DNA of 64,000 nucleotides from Eledone cirrhosa (lineage: Eukaryota): positions 117,738,001 to 117,802,000 of the forward strand of contig OZ024742.1 in assembly GCA_964016885.1 (NCBI GenBank), given 5' to 3'. Positions within the stretch are counted from its first letter, which is position 1. Each line of letters begins with the position of its first letter. Below are positions 52,077 to 63,081 of the stretch, piece after piece. Both the position numbers and the translations under genes were made by a program. The notes under the pieces are model-generated. The model did not search any database. It saw only the letters and a program-made list of their open reading frames with translations, and was not told where the DNA came from.

Positions 52077-52723
52077 TAAAGTTAGTCCTTCATCAGTGAT
52101 CTTCCAACCATCATTGGTATTTCATCGCTTTAAAGACCATATACCTCCGAGCAACGGCTAAAAAAAGTCGTTGGGACACGTAAATAAAGGGGACACGAGA
52201 GTGTAAACAAACAAAGATGTTGAAGTAACGAAAAGTGAGGAAGAACCAGTCAAGTCCCAAATTTCCATGAATATAAGTTCGGTGAAATCGTGAACGAGAG
52301 AGAATAAAGACCATCAAACCTGGTTGGAATGTGAGCAAGGAAGGAATTCCGTACAGGTCTAACGGGAGGAAGAAGGAATCTAGTCTGTGAATTCGGTGAA
52401 CATAAGTTCTGTGAAATCGTAGACGAGAGAGAAAAAAGGCGAACCAGCCTGACCAAGCGTGCGAAAGAAAAGAATTACGCACAGGTCAAACGGGAAGAAG
52501 GAGGAGGAGAGGTAGTGACAGAGGGGGAGTGAGTGAAGGGTGAGGAAGAGGCTAACAGAGAGAGTGACTGTTAGAGAGGGTAAAGATACAGAGAAAGAGG
52601 AAGCAGTAAGAACGAAATAGACGGGTCATAGCGGGGGAAAAATATGTGTAAATGTGAGAATAAACGTGCTGCGTGGTTGCAATTGGGTTACATATGAATA
52701 AAGTTAGTCCTTCATCAGTGATC
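52071..52723 (-). mobile_element. Probable Penelope pLTR unit with a short terminal direct repeat
   Basis: TATGAATAAAGTTAGTCCTTCATCAGTGATC occurs at both ends, with (TA)n on both sides and CTGATGA on the minus strand. A related fragment lies at 37506-37620. Confidence 0.55.
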
Positions 52724-52738
52724 TATATATATATATGC

Positions 52739-52773
<35 letters not shown>

Positions 52774-53509
52774 TATATATGCATGTTTCCATGCATGAAT
52801 GAATATACGAAGCTTTATATTTAGTAGAATGTACATCCACTGAATCCAGCTATTTGCACTATCATATATTTTGGTTTCTATTAATTCCCTGGTGAATTTG
52901 GTTGACCAAATGCTTTACTTAATTGTTTTATTTATTTATTATTTTAAATTATTCTTTCTCTTAGACTTGGCCCCTAAATTAATATGCATAATGCCAATGA
53001 GAGATGTGTGTGTGTGATGTGTGTGGAAATAAGAGTGGAACGAAAGCAATAACTATTAACATGTGTGCGTATGTATGTACGTGCGCGTATGTTTGTGTGT
53101 GTGCGTGCGTGCAGCGTTCCACAGAAAGTAAAAACTATCAACATGTGTAGTGTGTACCTGTGTGTAAGTTCACGGGTGCGTGTGTAAGTTTGCGTGCGTG
53201 TGTGCGTTTCCATGCGTGTATGTGTGTGTACGTGGCGTTCCACAATCGCCACGCAGTTTATCTGTCTGTGTGCCTGTCTGTCAGTCTAACATACACAGAG
53301 TTGTGAAGGGAGTAAATAGGGATTTTTTTTACATTGACGGACATCTTTTATATTTATTTTTGTGTCATATAATTTGCTGTTTTATTATTATAGCTGACCA
53401 CTTATAGATAAGCATGTTATCCATATCCATATTAATTTGGCATTTGTATAAACCATTTCAAGTAAATAGGGACCTTTTTTACATTGACGGACATCTTTTA
53501 TATTAATTA

Positions 53510-53856
53510 TCTATATCTACATATAATATAAAAGATTGGAACTTCCATCATCCTTTTGAGAAACATGGAACAATCACGTCTATGCAATGATACACGTTTT
53601 ACAGTCAGGCAGAAAATGAAGCATCTCTTAGAGGTCACTATTCTAGAGCACCTAGAATTGTTCATAAACTATGCACGAACGGTACAACGAAGAATCTGGT
53701 ATATCTGGAAGATTTCTTTTACTGTTTTTGTAATTACACAGGCACCACGGACTCGCCTCATACTGTAACCAGACAAACATCCAATACAGTCATTTTCTCT
53801 TTTACCTGTCTTCTCTTATCATCTGTTTACCCGGGCGAAGCTGGGTACGTCAGCTA

Positions 53857-53857
<1 letters not shown>
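53510..53857 (+). mobile_element. Non-autonomous Helitron
   Basis: Starts A|TCTATATC. Ends with the hairpin ACCCGGGCGAAGCTGGGT, a 7-nt spacer and CTAG|T. Confidence 0.7.
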
Positions 53858-53900
<43 letters not shown>

Positions 53901-53991
53901 CGAAGGAAATATGGCAAGGAACCAGGTGGACCATAACGCACCAAAGTACTCAATACTAAGGGTAGTAGAGTGGGTAATAGGAACAAGTAAG

Positions 53992-54086
53992 ACCCCGACG
54001 GCTGAGCTCAAGCCGTTTCGACGGCTAATTCTGTACTGAATGAAAAATTAATTCTGGTATTTAAATAGCCGAACTTATCAAGGGGT
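53992..54086 (-). ncRNA. Type I hammerhead ribozyme, U3-A8 core variant
   Basis: Reverse complement of 56996-57090. Confidence 0.8.
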
Positions 54087-54486
54087 AATTCCATATATGG
54101 TCAAGGAGATAATCACCAGGATTGGTCACATCACAAGTTAGTAGTAAATCTGTGATGGCAAGTTGGTGGGGGAAGGGGTAGCTAAACCTGCCAGTAGGAG
54201 AAAAGGGGGTGAGGGGGTGGAGTAGACCCATTCATGCGTTGGTAGTGCCAGCTACAGCTGGGTGTGAGGTCAAAGAGGATACTGGGGAGGGGGAGGGGGA
54301 GGGGGAGGAGGTCGAAACGGTAAGTAGAACAATGAAAGGTAAAACTGTAAAAGGTACTGAGAGAGAAAAAAAAATATAAGCAAAATCTGGTTACTAAGAC
54401 TTAAGTCTCTCGCTATTGCTAGGCTGAAGAAATACATAAATAAATAAATAAACAACTAAGTGAATAAAAGAATAGATAAATAAATT

Positions 54487-54517
<31 letters not shown>

Positions 54518-54865
54518 ATGTAGAAAAAAAAAATAAATGATAATAATAGAAAAAAACTAGGTGGGACGGAAATAAAGGGACCCTTATACGAGGTATAAGT
54601 GCGTGTATCGTACGGTGACGGGTCAACAAAAGGGGGGCCAGAATACTAAAGAGACTACCACGAAAATAATAAAGGTTTCTACCCCAAACACAGGGCCAGC
54701 AACCACCCAGTGCAAGAAAGTAAACTAGTACGAGAATATAATTCAGGGTCCCGCAAAAAAATACTGGTGCTAACTCTAAGGGTACCGCCACGAAACAAAA
54801 GGTCTTATACAAGCTACATGAAAGATCGTACGAAGTAAAAGTAAAGAACGGAAAATTAATACAGG

Positions 54866-54897
<32 letters not shown>

Positions 54898-55290
54898 AAA
54901 ACGGGAAAAAGAAAAAAGAGATACTGGATAAACGAGAAATTAAAGCAAAGATGCTACTAAGAAATATAGAAGGCACGGAAAAAGGGGACAGCGGTCGGAG
55001 AAGGGGGCGAGTATCCGAAGTCTAACACCTCTGCTATAAAAAGCGGAGTCAGCCACATCTATCATAGACTAGGGGAGGGGGTGGGGGTGCTGAAGCTACA
55101 AGGGACCGATGGGCTACCTCGGGTGGGCGAGAAAGAGACGACGACAAAGAAAGGGAACTGGGGTGGAAGGACTAGGGAGGGAAGGGGGAAAGGAGGAAAT
55201 ATAGAGGAAGCGATAAAAGAATGTAAAAGAAGATCTTAAGTCTCCATAGGCAAGCAGGGGTTACCCATTACAAAATAGGCAAGTGGGGTA

Positions 55291-56310
55291 TTATAGCCCT
55301 AGTCTACCCCCCGGGTCATTATGGGGTTTGAGGGCGAGGTAAGTCCTACGTAATCGGTGTTTACATGCAGTAACCAGTTCATCTTTCTTGTTTCGGAGTT
55401 GGTCCGTCGAAAACAGCATTTGTAATGTTTCCTCCGAGCATAAATTGCACGGACGGCGTCCTCCCGTGTAAGAGTTGGCTCTGGACAGTAATTTCCAAGT
55501 GAGATCATAGTTGATGTTATTGTCCTTGAGGTCCCATATGTGGCCCGAAAGTGTAGTGGCGTGACGCCGGGCCGGGTTTCGGAAGGTATGTCTGTGTTGA
55601 TATAGCCGGGTCTTGAAGTCGCATGCGGTTAATCCTATATAAGCTTTGTTGGAGGTGTCCGTGCTCACGTTGCACTGGTGGATCACATTACGGTCTCTGC
55701 ATCTGTTGTCGAGGGGGCAACTGGATCTATCAGGGTAGTTGCACCTCCTGGTCGGCTCTCCACTGCTATTTAGGTTGTTTCTTCCATCGGGGTTGAGTTT
55801 TTTGTTGTTGGAGGAGACGATGTTTTGTGCGAAGTTAGGTGTATTGCTGTAAGAGAGTTTGATGGTATTTTTGTTAATTATGTTGTGGTAGCGGTGTTGT
55901 GGTGGGAAGTGTTTTTCAATGAGCCTAAAGAAAATTTTCCCGATGGGAGTTGTCACCTCAGCGTTGTGGGGAGGATTGAACCATGTTACATTGCGTGAGC
56001 GGCGGTGTCGCCTGCTGGTTCCGCTAATGGGAGCTGGACAGTAGGATATTTCCTCCCGGAAACCACTCCGCTTGAGGGCCTGGTTGTAGTAAAGCGCATG
56101 TTCATCGAATATCTTCTCATTAGCTGACAAACGGGATATACGGAGGGAGATGTTTTTGACCAGGTTGTTGGTGATGTTCCTGGGATGGTTAGATCGGCGG
56201 TGGATGCAGGGCAGGTTGTCATTGGGTTTCCTGTATGCGTAGTACAGGTCATTATTGAGATCGAGGGTAACGTCCAGGAAATTAACTCGGGTCAGGGACG
56301 TTTGTAGGGT
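55291..56310 (-). pseudogene. PLE RT C-terminus plus GIY-YIG endonuclease
   Basis: VNFLDVTLDL...Y.KPN...SNHP; RNVTWFNPP; IKLSYSNTPN; CNY....CPL...C; VIHQC...YIGLTACDFKTRLYQH...TLSGHIWDLK...CNLC.EE...KKDELVTACKH. Confidence 0.9.
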
Positions 56311-56995
56311 TATAGAGTTAGCACCAGTATTTTTTTGCGGGACCCTGAATTATATTCTCGTACTAGTTTACTTTCTTGCACTGGGTGGTTGCTGGCCCCG
56401 TGTTTGGGGTAGAAACCTTTATTATTTTCGTGGTAGTCTCTTTAGTATTCTGGCCCCCCTTTTGTTGACCCGTCACCGTACGATACACGCACTTATACCT
56501 CGTATAAGGGTCCCTTTATTTCCGTCCCACCTAGTTTTTTTCTATTATTATCATTTATTTTTTTATTCTACATTATATATATATATATATATATATTTTT
56601 TAAATTTATTTATCTATTCTTTTATTCACTTAGTTGTTTATTTATTTATTTATGTATTTCTTCAGCCTAGCAATAGCGAGAGACTTAAGTCTTAGTAACC
56701 AGATTTTGCTTATATTTTTTTTTCTCTCTCAGTACCTTTTACAGTTTTACCTTTCATTGTTCTACTTACCGTTTCGACCTCCTCCCCCTCCCCCTCCCCA
56801 GTATTCTCTTTGACCTCACACCCAGCTGTAGCTGGCACCACCAACGCATGAATGGGTCTACTCCACCCCCTCTCCCCTTTTCTCCTACTGGCAGGTTTAG
56901 CTACCCCTTCCCCCACCAACTTGCCATCACAGATTTACTACTAACTTGTGATGTGACCAATCCTGGTGATTATCTCCTTGACCATATATGGAATT

Positions 56996-57090
56996 ACCCC
57001 TTGATAAGTTCGGCTATTTAAATACCAGAATTAATTTTTCATTCAGTACAGAATTAGCCGTCGAAACGGCTTGAGCTCAGCCGTCGGGGT
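56996..57090 (+). ncRNA. Type I hammerhead ribozyme, U3-A8 core variant
   Basis: ACCCC-TTGATAA-GTTCGGCTA...TAGCCGTC-GAAA-CGGCT(TGAGCTC)AGCCG-TC-GGGGT. Stems I, II and III all pair. Predicted cleavage after GUC at 57085. Confidence 0.8.
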
Positions 57091-57273
57091 CTTACTTGTT
57101 CCTATATATATATATATATATATATATAAGGATTAGAATACTGGAACGTGTTGGAGTTAAACACCCTCTTCGTATTATAGAAATGACAGTAAAAGGTATA
57201 GCTCAATGCAGTTAAACAGAGCCAAAAATTAAGAGAGTAAAACAAAGAATCTTTTAATACATCAAAAGTTTTT

Positions 57274-57318
57274 ATTAGCCGACAATGTTTCGTCCTATTA
57301 AGGACTCATCAGGGCAAT
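57274..57318 (-). ncRNA. Minimal type I hammerhead ribozyme, canonical core
   Basis: Reverse complement of 60024-60068. Confidence 0.88.
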
Positions 57319-59146
57319 CAAAACAACAAGAAGTAATATCGGCAGATACAAGCCGGAAGCTCCGAAGAATATGGAGTGTACATACACTAAAGTCTTGCAA
57401 AAATATATAATAATAAAAATAAAAATAAAAATAATAAAAATATATAATAAGAATAACTAAGGATGTATATAACATTAAGAACCATATTACAAATATAGTC
57501 CAAAGCAACTAACCTAAATCTAAACAAATGTGGTTATATAGAGCAGGAATTATATGTAACACAATGTAATATAACATAATACATTATAATAATATACCTT
57601 TACCAACATTAAAATTACAATTAAAAATCAAAAGGTACAATATATACATGTATATATGTGCGCACACACACACACACACACACATATACAACAATACGCA
57701 CATCTATGTTCAACTACACAAATTAAGCCTTATTAGAAGTTTGAATATAAAAATAAGCATGATAAGAGTGAAAATAATACAAATACATCTACCCAATATA
57801 CATGAGGCAATAATATGATATAATTACAAGAGACACATATAATAAATAATAAACAATAAAATTATATAATTCAATATAATATAATAGATAATCCCCAGTT
57901 AATTTACAGAAACAATATAGATGTCACAATAAAATATGATGATAATATGTTAACAATGTACTAACATTTACAATAAACAATATATACAAATCGATTCATA
58001 CTGGGTTACAGAGTAAATGAGGAAAAATAAATTATATAATACTCAAAAAAACACTATGATGGTACAGAAAAAATTATGATGGTAGAGAAAAAAATATACA
58101 GACATCTTACATGATATGTAAAGTCTAAATATCATAATGTTATATATAATGAACAGTAAGTAATAAGGATCAATATTACAATACAATATAATATAATATA
58201 TTATAAATTGACATAAAATAATATATAAATACTTATAATTACAAGGTTAGTAGACAGACATATGTGGATGTGTAAGTAAAGCCAGACAGTGAATAGTAAA
58301 TAGAATATAGAATAAAATAAATAAATATAATCAACCGGAAATTACAAAACAAAAACAAATATAAACACATATATATATATATATATACATATTTAGGCCT
58401 CACATGCTGTTAAGAAGTTAGGTAAACACTAAGGAAAACAATCACTTTAATTGACTCAAAACCCTATTTGATAAATTAATATTAAAAATATCAAAACTAT
58501 CCAATAAGGTAGTATAATATTAGCTGTAGTTTAAGTCATTAAAGTTTATAAACATTAATGTTTCGTTACAAATGTTTACAAAAAGGAATGAAATTTTTTA
58601 CTATCATATACATAACGATATCTAAAAAACTGACTTAAGTAGAATTAAGGTAGGCTAATGGGGACAGAATTGATGAAATATATGGAGGGTGCAAAGGGGC
58701 ATAAAATATAGTCGATATACTATAATAAATAATAGAACGGAGCGTAAAAGAGGGGGGGGGGGGTTAAATATAATCATAGTCAATCTGGAGGGGTGTACAA
58801 TAAGTTTATGTGCGCATGGGGAGGGGGAGGGGAGGGGGGGGGTTATCAAAAGATGAATCTGAATAAAATTAAAAATAAAAATAGAATTAAAATTAAAAAT
58901 AAAATTAAAATTAATAATAAAAATAAAAATAAAGATAATAATAGAATAAAGTAAATGGCGTAAAGTGTGTAATCTTATATATATTAACAAGGTGTAATAG
59001 TGAAAACATAGATATGGTACAGTAGCCAAATGATTATGAGAGCTAGAATGAAGAGTCATCAAAAACCAATGGTAATAATGATGATAACAATAATGTTGGC
59101 AAACAAAAGAACCTAAACTAAAAAAATAAGTAATGGAATATATCTG

Positions 59147-59524
59147 CTAATGGGTACAATTTGTACTACTAGAACGTTTGGGTTTATAATAAAAGAAAGA
59201 ATTAGAAATGGCGTGGGGGCAAGAAGAGAATATCTCAGACTTTCTATTAAGTAAGGATACGCTAGAGAAAATTATAGAGTGTGTCTCAAGTATACAGAGA
59301 TTACAAAACTTAGAATGTGTAGAAAGGTGGTTAGAGCGTGCTACCAAACGCCAGTTAAGGCTATATGGTATATAAGCTCCCTTAAGATCCCAGATATAAT
59401 GCGCTAAAGAAGTAGAGTTCTTAAACCTAACATGTTTGAAGTTAGAGATATGAGAGTTAAACCTAGTCTTAAAAGTGTTTGAAGTAGATCCTATATAAGT
59501 TCTATTAGAGGAATGTGCGCACAT
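59147..59524 (-). pseudogene. PLE GIY-YIG endonuclease C-terminal fragment
   Basis: TYIGSTSNTFKTRFNSH...STSLAHYIWDLK...CNLCILE...LLNRKSEIFSSCPH, homologous to 55291-55700. Confidence 0.88.
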
Positions 59525-59616
59525 ATATACATTTATATATTGTACCTTTTGATTTTTAATTGTAATTTTAATGTTGGTAAAGGTATATTATTATAATGTA
59601 TTATGTTATATTACAT

Positions 59617-59761
59617 GCTTTCCAGCATAGTTACGTCCCTTAACGATCTGAGTTCAAATCCCGCTGAGGTTGACTTTGCCTTTCATCCTTACGGGGTCGA
59701 TAAAATAAAGTACCAGTAATGCACTGGGTAATTGTTGGCCTTGTGCCAAAAAGTAGAAACA
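59617..59761 (+). mobile_element. 5'-truncated family A SINE inserted in one PLE arm
   Basis: 17-bp TSD ATTATGTTATATTACAT at 59600-59616 and 59762-59778. The SINE is absent from the other arm. Confidence 0.92.
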
Positions 59762-60023
59762 ATTATGTTATATTACATTGTGTTACATATAATTCCTGCT
59801 CTATATAACCACATTTGTTTAGATTTAGGTTAGTTGCTTTGGAATATATTTGTAATATGGTTCTTAATGTTATATACATCCTTAGTTATTCTTATTATAT
59901 ATTTTTATTATTTTTATTTTTATTTTTATTATTATATATTTTTGCAAGACTTTAGTGTATGTACACTCCATATTCTTCGGAGCTTCCGGCTTGTATCTGC
60001 CGATATTACTTCTTGTTGTTTTG

Positions 60024-60068
60024 ATTGCCCTGATGAGTCCTTAATAGGACGAAACATTGTCGGCTAAT
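60024..60068 (+). ncRNA. Minimal type I hammerhead ribozyme, canonical core
   Basis: ATTGCC-CTGATGA-GTCCT(TAAT)AGGAC-GAAA-CATTG-TC-GGCTAAT. Predicted cleavage after GUC at 60061, with AATAAA immediately downstream. Confidence 0.88.
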
Positions 60069-60286
60069 AAAAACTTTTGATGTATTAAAGGATTCTTTGT
60101 TTTACTCTCTTAATATATATATATAGTTAAAAGAATAGAGGTGTAACACACAAGTTATTATATATTGGTAAACGGAATAGAAAATGCTGACAAATTGTTC
60201 ACAGTTGAAAAATGGTTTAATTAGGAATAAAAGAGTATTAGTGATTGTATGGGTTAGTATTCAGTTGTGGTTTTAAGTTTTTAAGT

Positions 60287-60323
60287 TTTTACCGGTTGCG
60301 CATTTCTAAATGCTTTTCAAAAA
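60287..60323 (-). ncRNA. Hammerhead-like motif with UUGAAAA and GCAA core (left arm)
   Basis: Reverse complement of 60398-60434. Confidence 0.5.
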
Positions 60324-60397
60324 TAATTTTGAGATAGAGTGTCCGTGCTGTTTGCTCTGATCTGAGCAAACAGCACAGACACTCTATCTCAAAATTA

Positions 60398-60434
60398 TTT
60401 TTGAAAAGCATTTAGAAATGCGCAACCGGTAAAA
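60398..60434 (+). ncRNA. Hammerhead-like motif with UUGAAAA and GCAA core (right arm)
   Basis: TTT-TTGAAAA-GCATT(TAGA)AATGC-GCAA-CCGG-TA-AAA. Stem II is a perfect 5 bp, stem III is the palindrome ACCGGT and the triplet is GUA. Confidence 0.5.
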
Positions 60435-60555
60435 ACTTAAAAACTTAAAACCACAACTGAATACTAACCCATACAATCACTAATACTCTTTTATTCCTAA
60501 TTAAACCATTTTTCAACTGTGAACAATTTGTCAGCATTTTCTATTCCGTTTACCA

Positions 60556-60638
<83 letters not shown>

Positions 60639-61074
60639 TGTGTGTAAATCAAATTAAATTCATTCAATAGTTAAACACACATAGGAATAATAAGATTGTT
60701 ACCAAATGGCCAGAAGATTGACAAGTCGACCCTAAATATGACTAATAGCTCTAGGAAAGCCACGAACGACACCACATATTTTAAACTTTGATTTTGAAAG
60801 TAAGTTTATAATTATCAATTTTCATTATACCTTTGTAACTGTCGCGGCGGCCTAGTTGGAAGAGTCATAGTCGGTGGTGATCCTGGTCGGGAGTAGGGTT
60901 CTCAGTAAACCTTTTCAGTTTTTTTTTCTATGGAATGTAAAATAAAAACTGAAAAAGACTACATGTACCTCTCGATCAGGATTGAACCTAAGACCAGGCT
61001 CTTCACCGTCTCTAGTACCTACTACTAGTCCAGTGAGTCAGCTACGAAAAATCAACTGAAAATTCATACTTATA

Positions 61075-61146
61075 AACCTACTTCGGGAATCGAATCCTGA
61101 CCGCCAGGATGAAAGTCAAGAATCCTAACCGCTAGACCACATGGAA
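61075..61146 (-). pseudogene. tRNA-Glu(TTC) pseudogene
   Basis: TTCCATGTGGTCTAGCGGTTAGGATTCTTGACTTTCATCCTGGCGGTCAGGATTCGATTCCCGAAGTAGGT has a tRNA-Glu D-arm, but the acceptor, anticodon and T stems are mispaired. Confidence 0.8.
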
Positions 61147-61304
61147 AGCTATTGCTCCTTCGTGCAAATAGCTTACTTTTACTGTAGAAATGTATATATA
61201 CATATTTACACTAGGAGGCGTAACATCACCCGTACAGCATTATATATAAATATCGCTAGTCATTTTTTCAATACGTTGCTTCACTAAAGGTCAGCTGCTG
61301 TACA

Positions 61305-61376
61305 TCCTCGGTAGTATAGTGGTAAGTATCCCCGCCTGTCACGCGGGAGACCGGGGTTCGATTCCCCGCCGGGGAG
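61305..61376 (+). tRNA. trnD-GTC: tRNA-Asp(GTC)
   Basis: 72-nt canonical cloverleaf with acceptor TCCTCGG/CCGGGGA, anticodon GTC at 61338-61340 and a GGTTCGATTCC T-loop. An oligo-T terminator follows. Confidence 0.96.
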
Positions 61377-61576
61377 GTTTAAGTTATTTTTACCTTGGAA
61401 ACATTTTTTTTCTGTTATATTTTTACGGACTCTCTGTCTTAGATGCCCAGCATATATTTCCAGAATCTAACAGTTATGACTACTTCCAGCAACTGACATT
61501 TCCTCCTGGCACTCTAGCAATTTTTATTTTTTTCCACTTTATCATTCAACTCAACAATCACTGAAATTCTCAAATA

Positions 61577-62467
61577 CAATGATACCTCGCAATCCGAGTT
61601 TAATTCGTTCCACGACCGAGCTCGTTGTACGATTTACTCGTTTTACAAATCAATTTTCCCCATTGAAATTAATTAAAGTATAGTTAATCCGTTCCAGCCC
61701 CTACCAAAACCATCCCAAAATCATTTTTATGGGTTTTAAAACAGAAAAGATGCAGTTACAAGAAAAATGACAATTCTAAAAACAAAATAAAAGAGAATGA
61801 AAAAGAAATATGTAAACTGGTTTTATTAATTTAATTACCTTAAAAATGGGACGATTTGTGTGCGAGGAACATGATGGAACGGGGAGGAGGAGAGTCTCCT
61901 TTCATTAAGACTTCAGGAAGAACAATTTCTAGCGTTTTCTCTTTCACTTAGAAACATATCAAGAGAAGTCTGCTTTTTCCTGCCTTTCAAAATGTTATGA
62001 AAATGCGCCAGAGCAGTGTCATTAAATACACCAGCTGCACGACCTCTAGATACTTTTTCAGGATGATTTTTTCTACAAATTCAGAAACATCCTGCCACTT
62101 TGCAAACACTGCCTTTATGTCACCCGTAGAGATAGCAGTCTCCGCTAAAATGTCCTTCACGGGGGAACAAATCTCTTCCACTATTTACTATAAAATAATA
62201 GCAAAAAACACCCAAAATAAAAAAAAATCACTGGGAAAAACCCATTAGTGATGCTGCCACAACGAGATAAACACGTGAACTGAGTGAGCGGAGGCTGCGC
62301 TTATTTGAAGAGCGTGTGCGAACTCAGCGTCGACTTACGGTCGCTTGAATGAAAGTCGCTCGTACTGCCGATTTCCACTCGTATTACAAGACAAAAATTC
62401 GCACGAGTCTCGACTCGTGCAGCAACTTACTCGTACAAGGGGGCACTCGAACTGCGAGGTTCTACTG
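61577..62467 (-). mobile_element. Tigger/pogo-like DNA transposon, internally deleted
   Basis: TA on both sides and imperfect TIRs CAATGATACCTCGCAATCCGAGT / ACTCGAACTGCGAGGTTCTACTG. Transposase C-terminal remnant ISTGDIKAVFAKWQDVSEFVEK(NHP)...FND...HF.NILKGRKKQTSLD. Confidence 0.85.
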
Positions 62468-62825
62468 TACTTGATTCATATTCGCACTAAACGGAACTCA
62501 TAGCTTAGTTTCCACCTTACAGTTCTCTAGTGCTGCCCACATATTTGAGAGAAATATATTACGGAAGATTTTAGTGTATTCAAAAGCCAAATATGATTGT
62601 TGATTTCATATAAACGATCATCATGATATAAGAGAAGAATGCATTGCAAAAGATTGATTGATCGTAAAAAAAAATCGCCATAGGATACGCAGACTTATTG
62701 TATGCATATAAAAGTGAAATATTGCACAAGTTACTGATGATTAAAACATTTTTCGATTATGACATCACCACTATCTCACTTTTGAAAAGTACGCCTGGAA
62801 ATTGTTACAAAAAATAATGTTTTCT

Positions 62826-62980
62826 TATATAGGCACAAGGCCAGTAAGTTTGGGGAGGGGAAAGCCCATTGAATCGACCCCAGTACGAGACTGGTACTTT
62901 ATTTTATCGATCCCGTAAGGATGAAAGGCAAAGTTAACCTCGGCGGGATTTGAACTCAGATCATAAAGGGCCGTAACTCT
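62826..62980 (-). mobile_element. 5'-truncated family A SINE
   Basis: Reverse complement of the SINE body from the B box to the tail. Confidence 0.85.
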
Positions 62981-63009
62981 AAAAGATGAATTGAGTAAAA
63001 CTATCAGAG

Positions 63010-63081
63010 TTCCCACGCCGGGAATCGAATTCGGGACGGCTGGCTGAAAGCCGGGAACCCTAACCACTAGACCACATGGGA
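63010..63081 (-). pseudogene. tRNA-Glu(TTC), probably a pseudogene
   Basis: TCCCATGTGGTCTAGTGGTTAGGGTTCCCGGCTTTCAGCCAGCCGTCCCGAATTCGATTCCCGGCGTGGGAA. The acceptor stem pairs, but the anticodon and T stems each have two mismatches. Confidence 0.8.

Larger units (their letters stand above)
53899..57105 (-). mobile_element. 5'-truncated Penelope-like element (Hydra-clade-like endonuclease) with an inverted copy of its 3' end
   Basis: 53977-54778 is inverted at 56313-57105. An RT-thumb/GIY-YIG ORF lies between, each arm carries a hammerhead, and (TA)n lies on both sides. Confidence 0.9.
57129..60114 (-). mobile_element. Second 5'-truncated Penelope-like element (Hydra-clade-like) with an inverted 3' copy
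   Basis: 57228-57666 is inverted at 59514-60114. It contains a GIY-YIG remnant at 59147-59524 and a ~1.9-kb AT-rich 3' UTR, with (TA)n flanks. Confidence 0.9.
60159..60562. mobile_element. ~400-bp near-perfect palindrome (fold-back mini-element with a hammerhead-like motif in each arm)
   Basis: Arms of about 199 bp meet at TGATCT (60358-60363), with one mismatch seen. (TA)n lies on both sides and there is a ~35-bp extra tail on the left only. Confidence 0.88.

Noticed and set aside
53310-53504. ~44-bp direct repeat before the Helitron
   Set aside because: Real but short, with no structure or TSD logic I could assign.
54456-56695. Duplicated hydrophobic ORFs (54456-54812 and 56255-56695; likewise 57275-57508 and 59834-60067)
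   Set aside because: They are T-rich PLE 3' UTR sequence present twice because of the inverted arms, with no protein motif.
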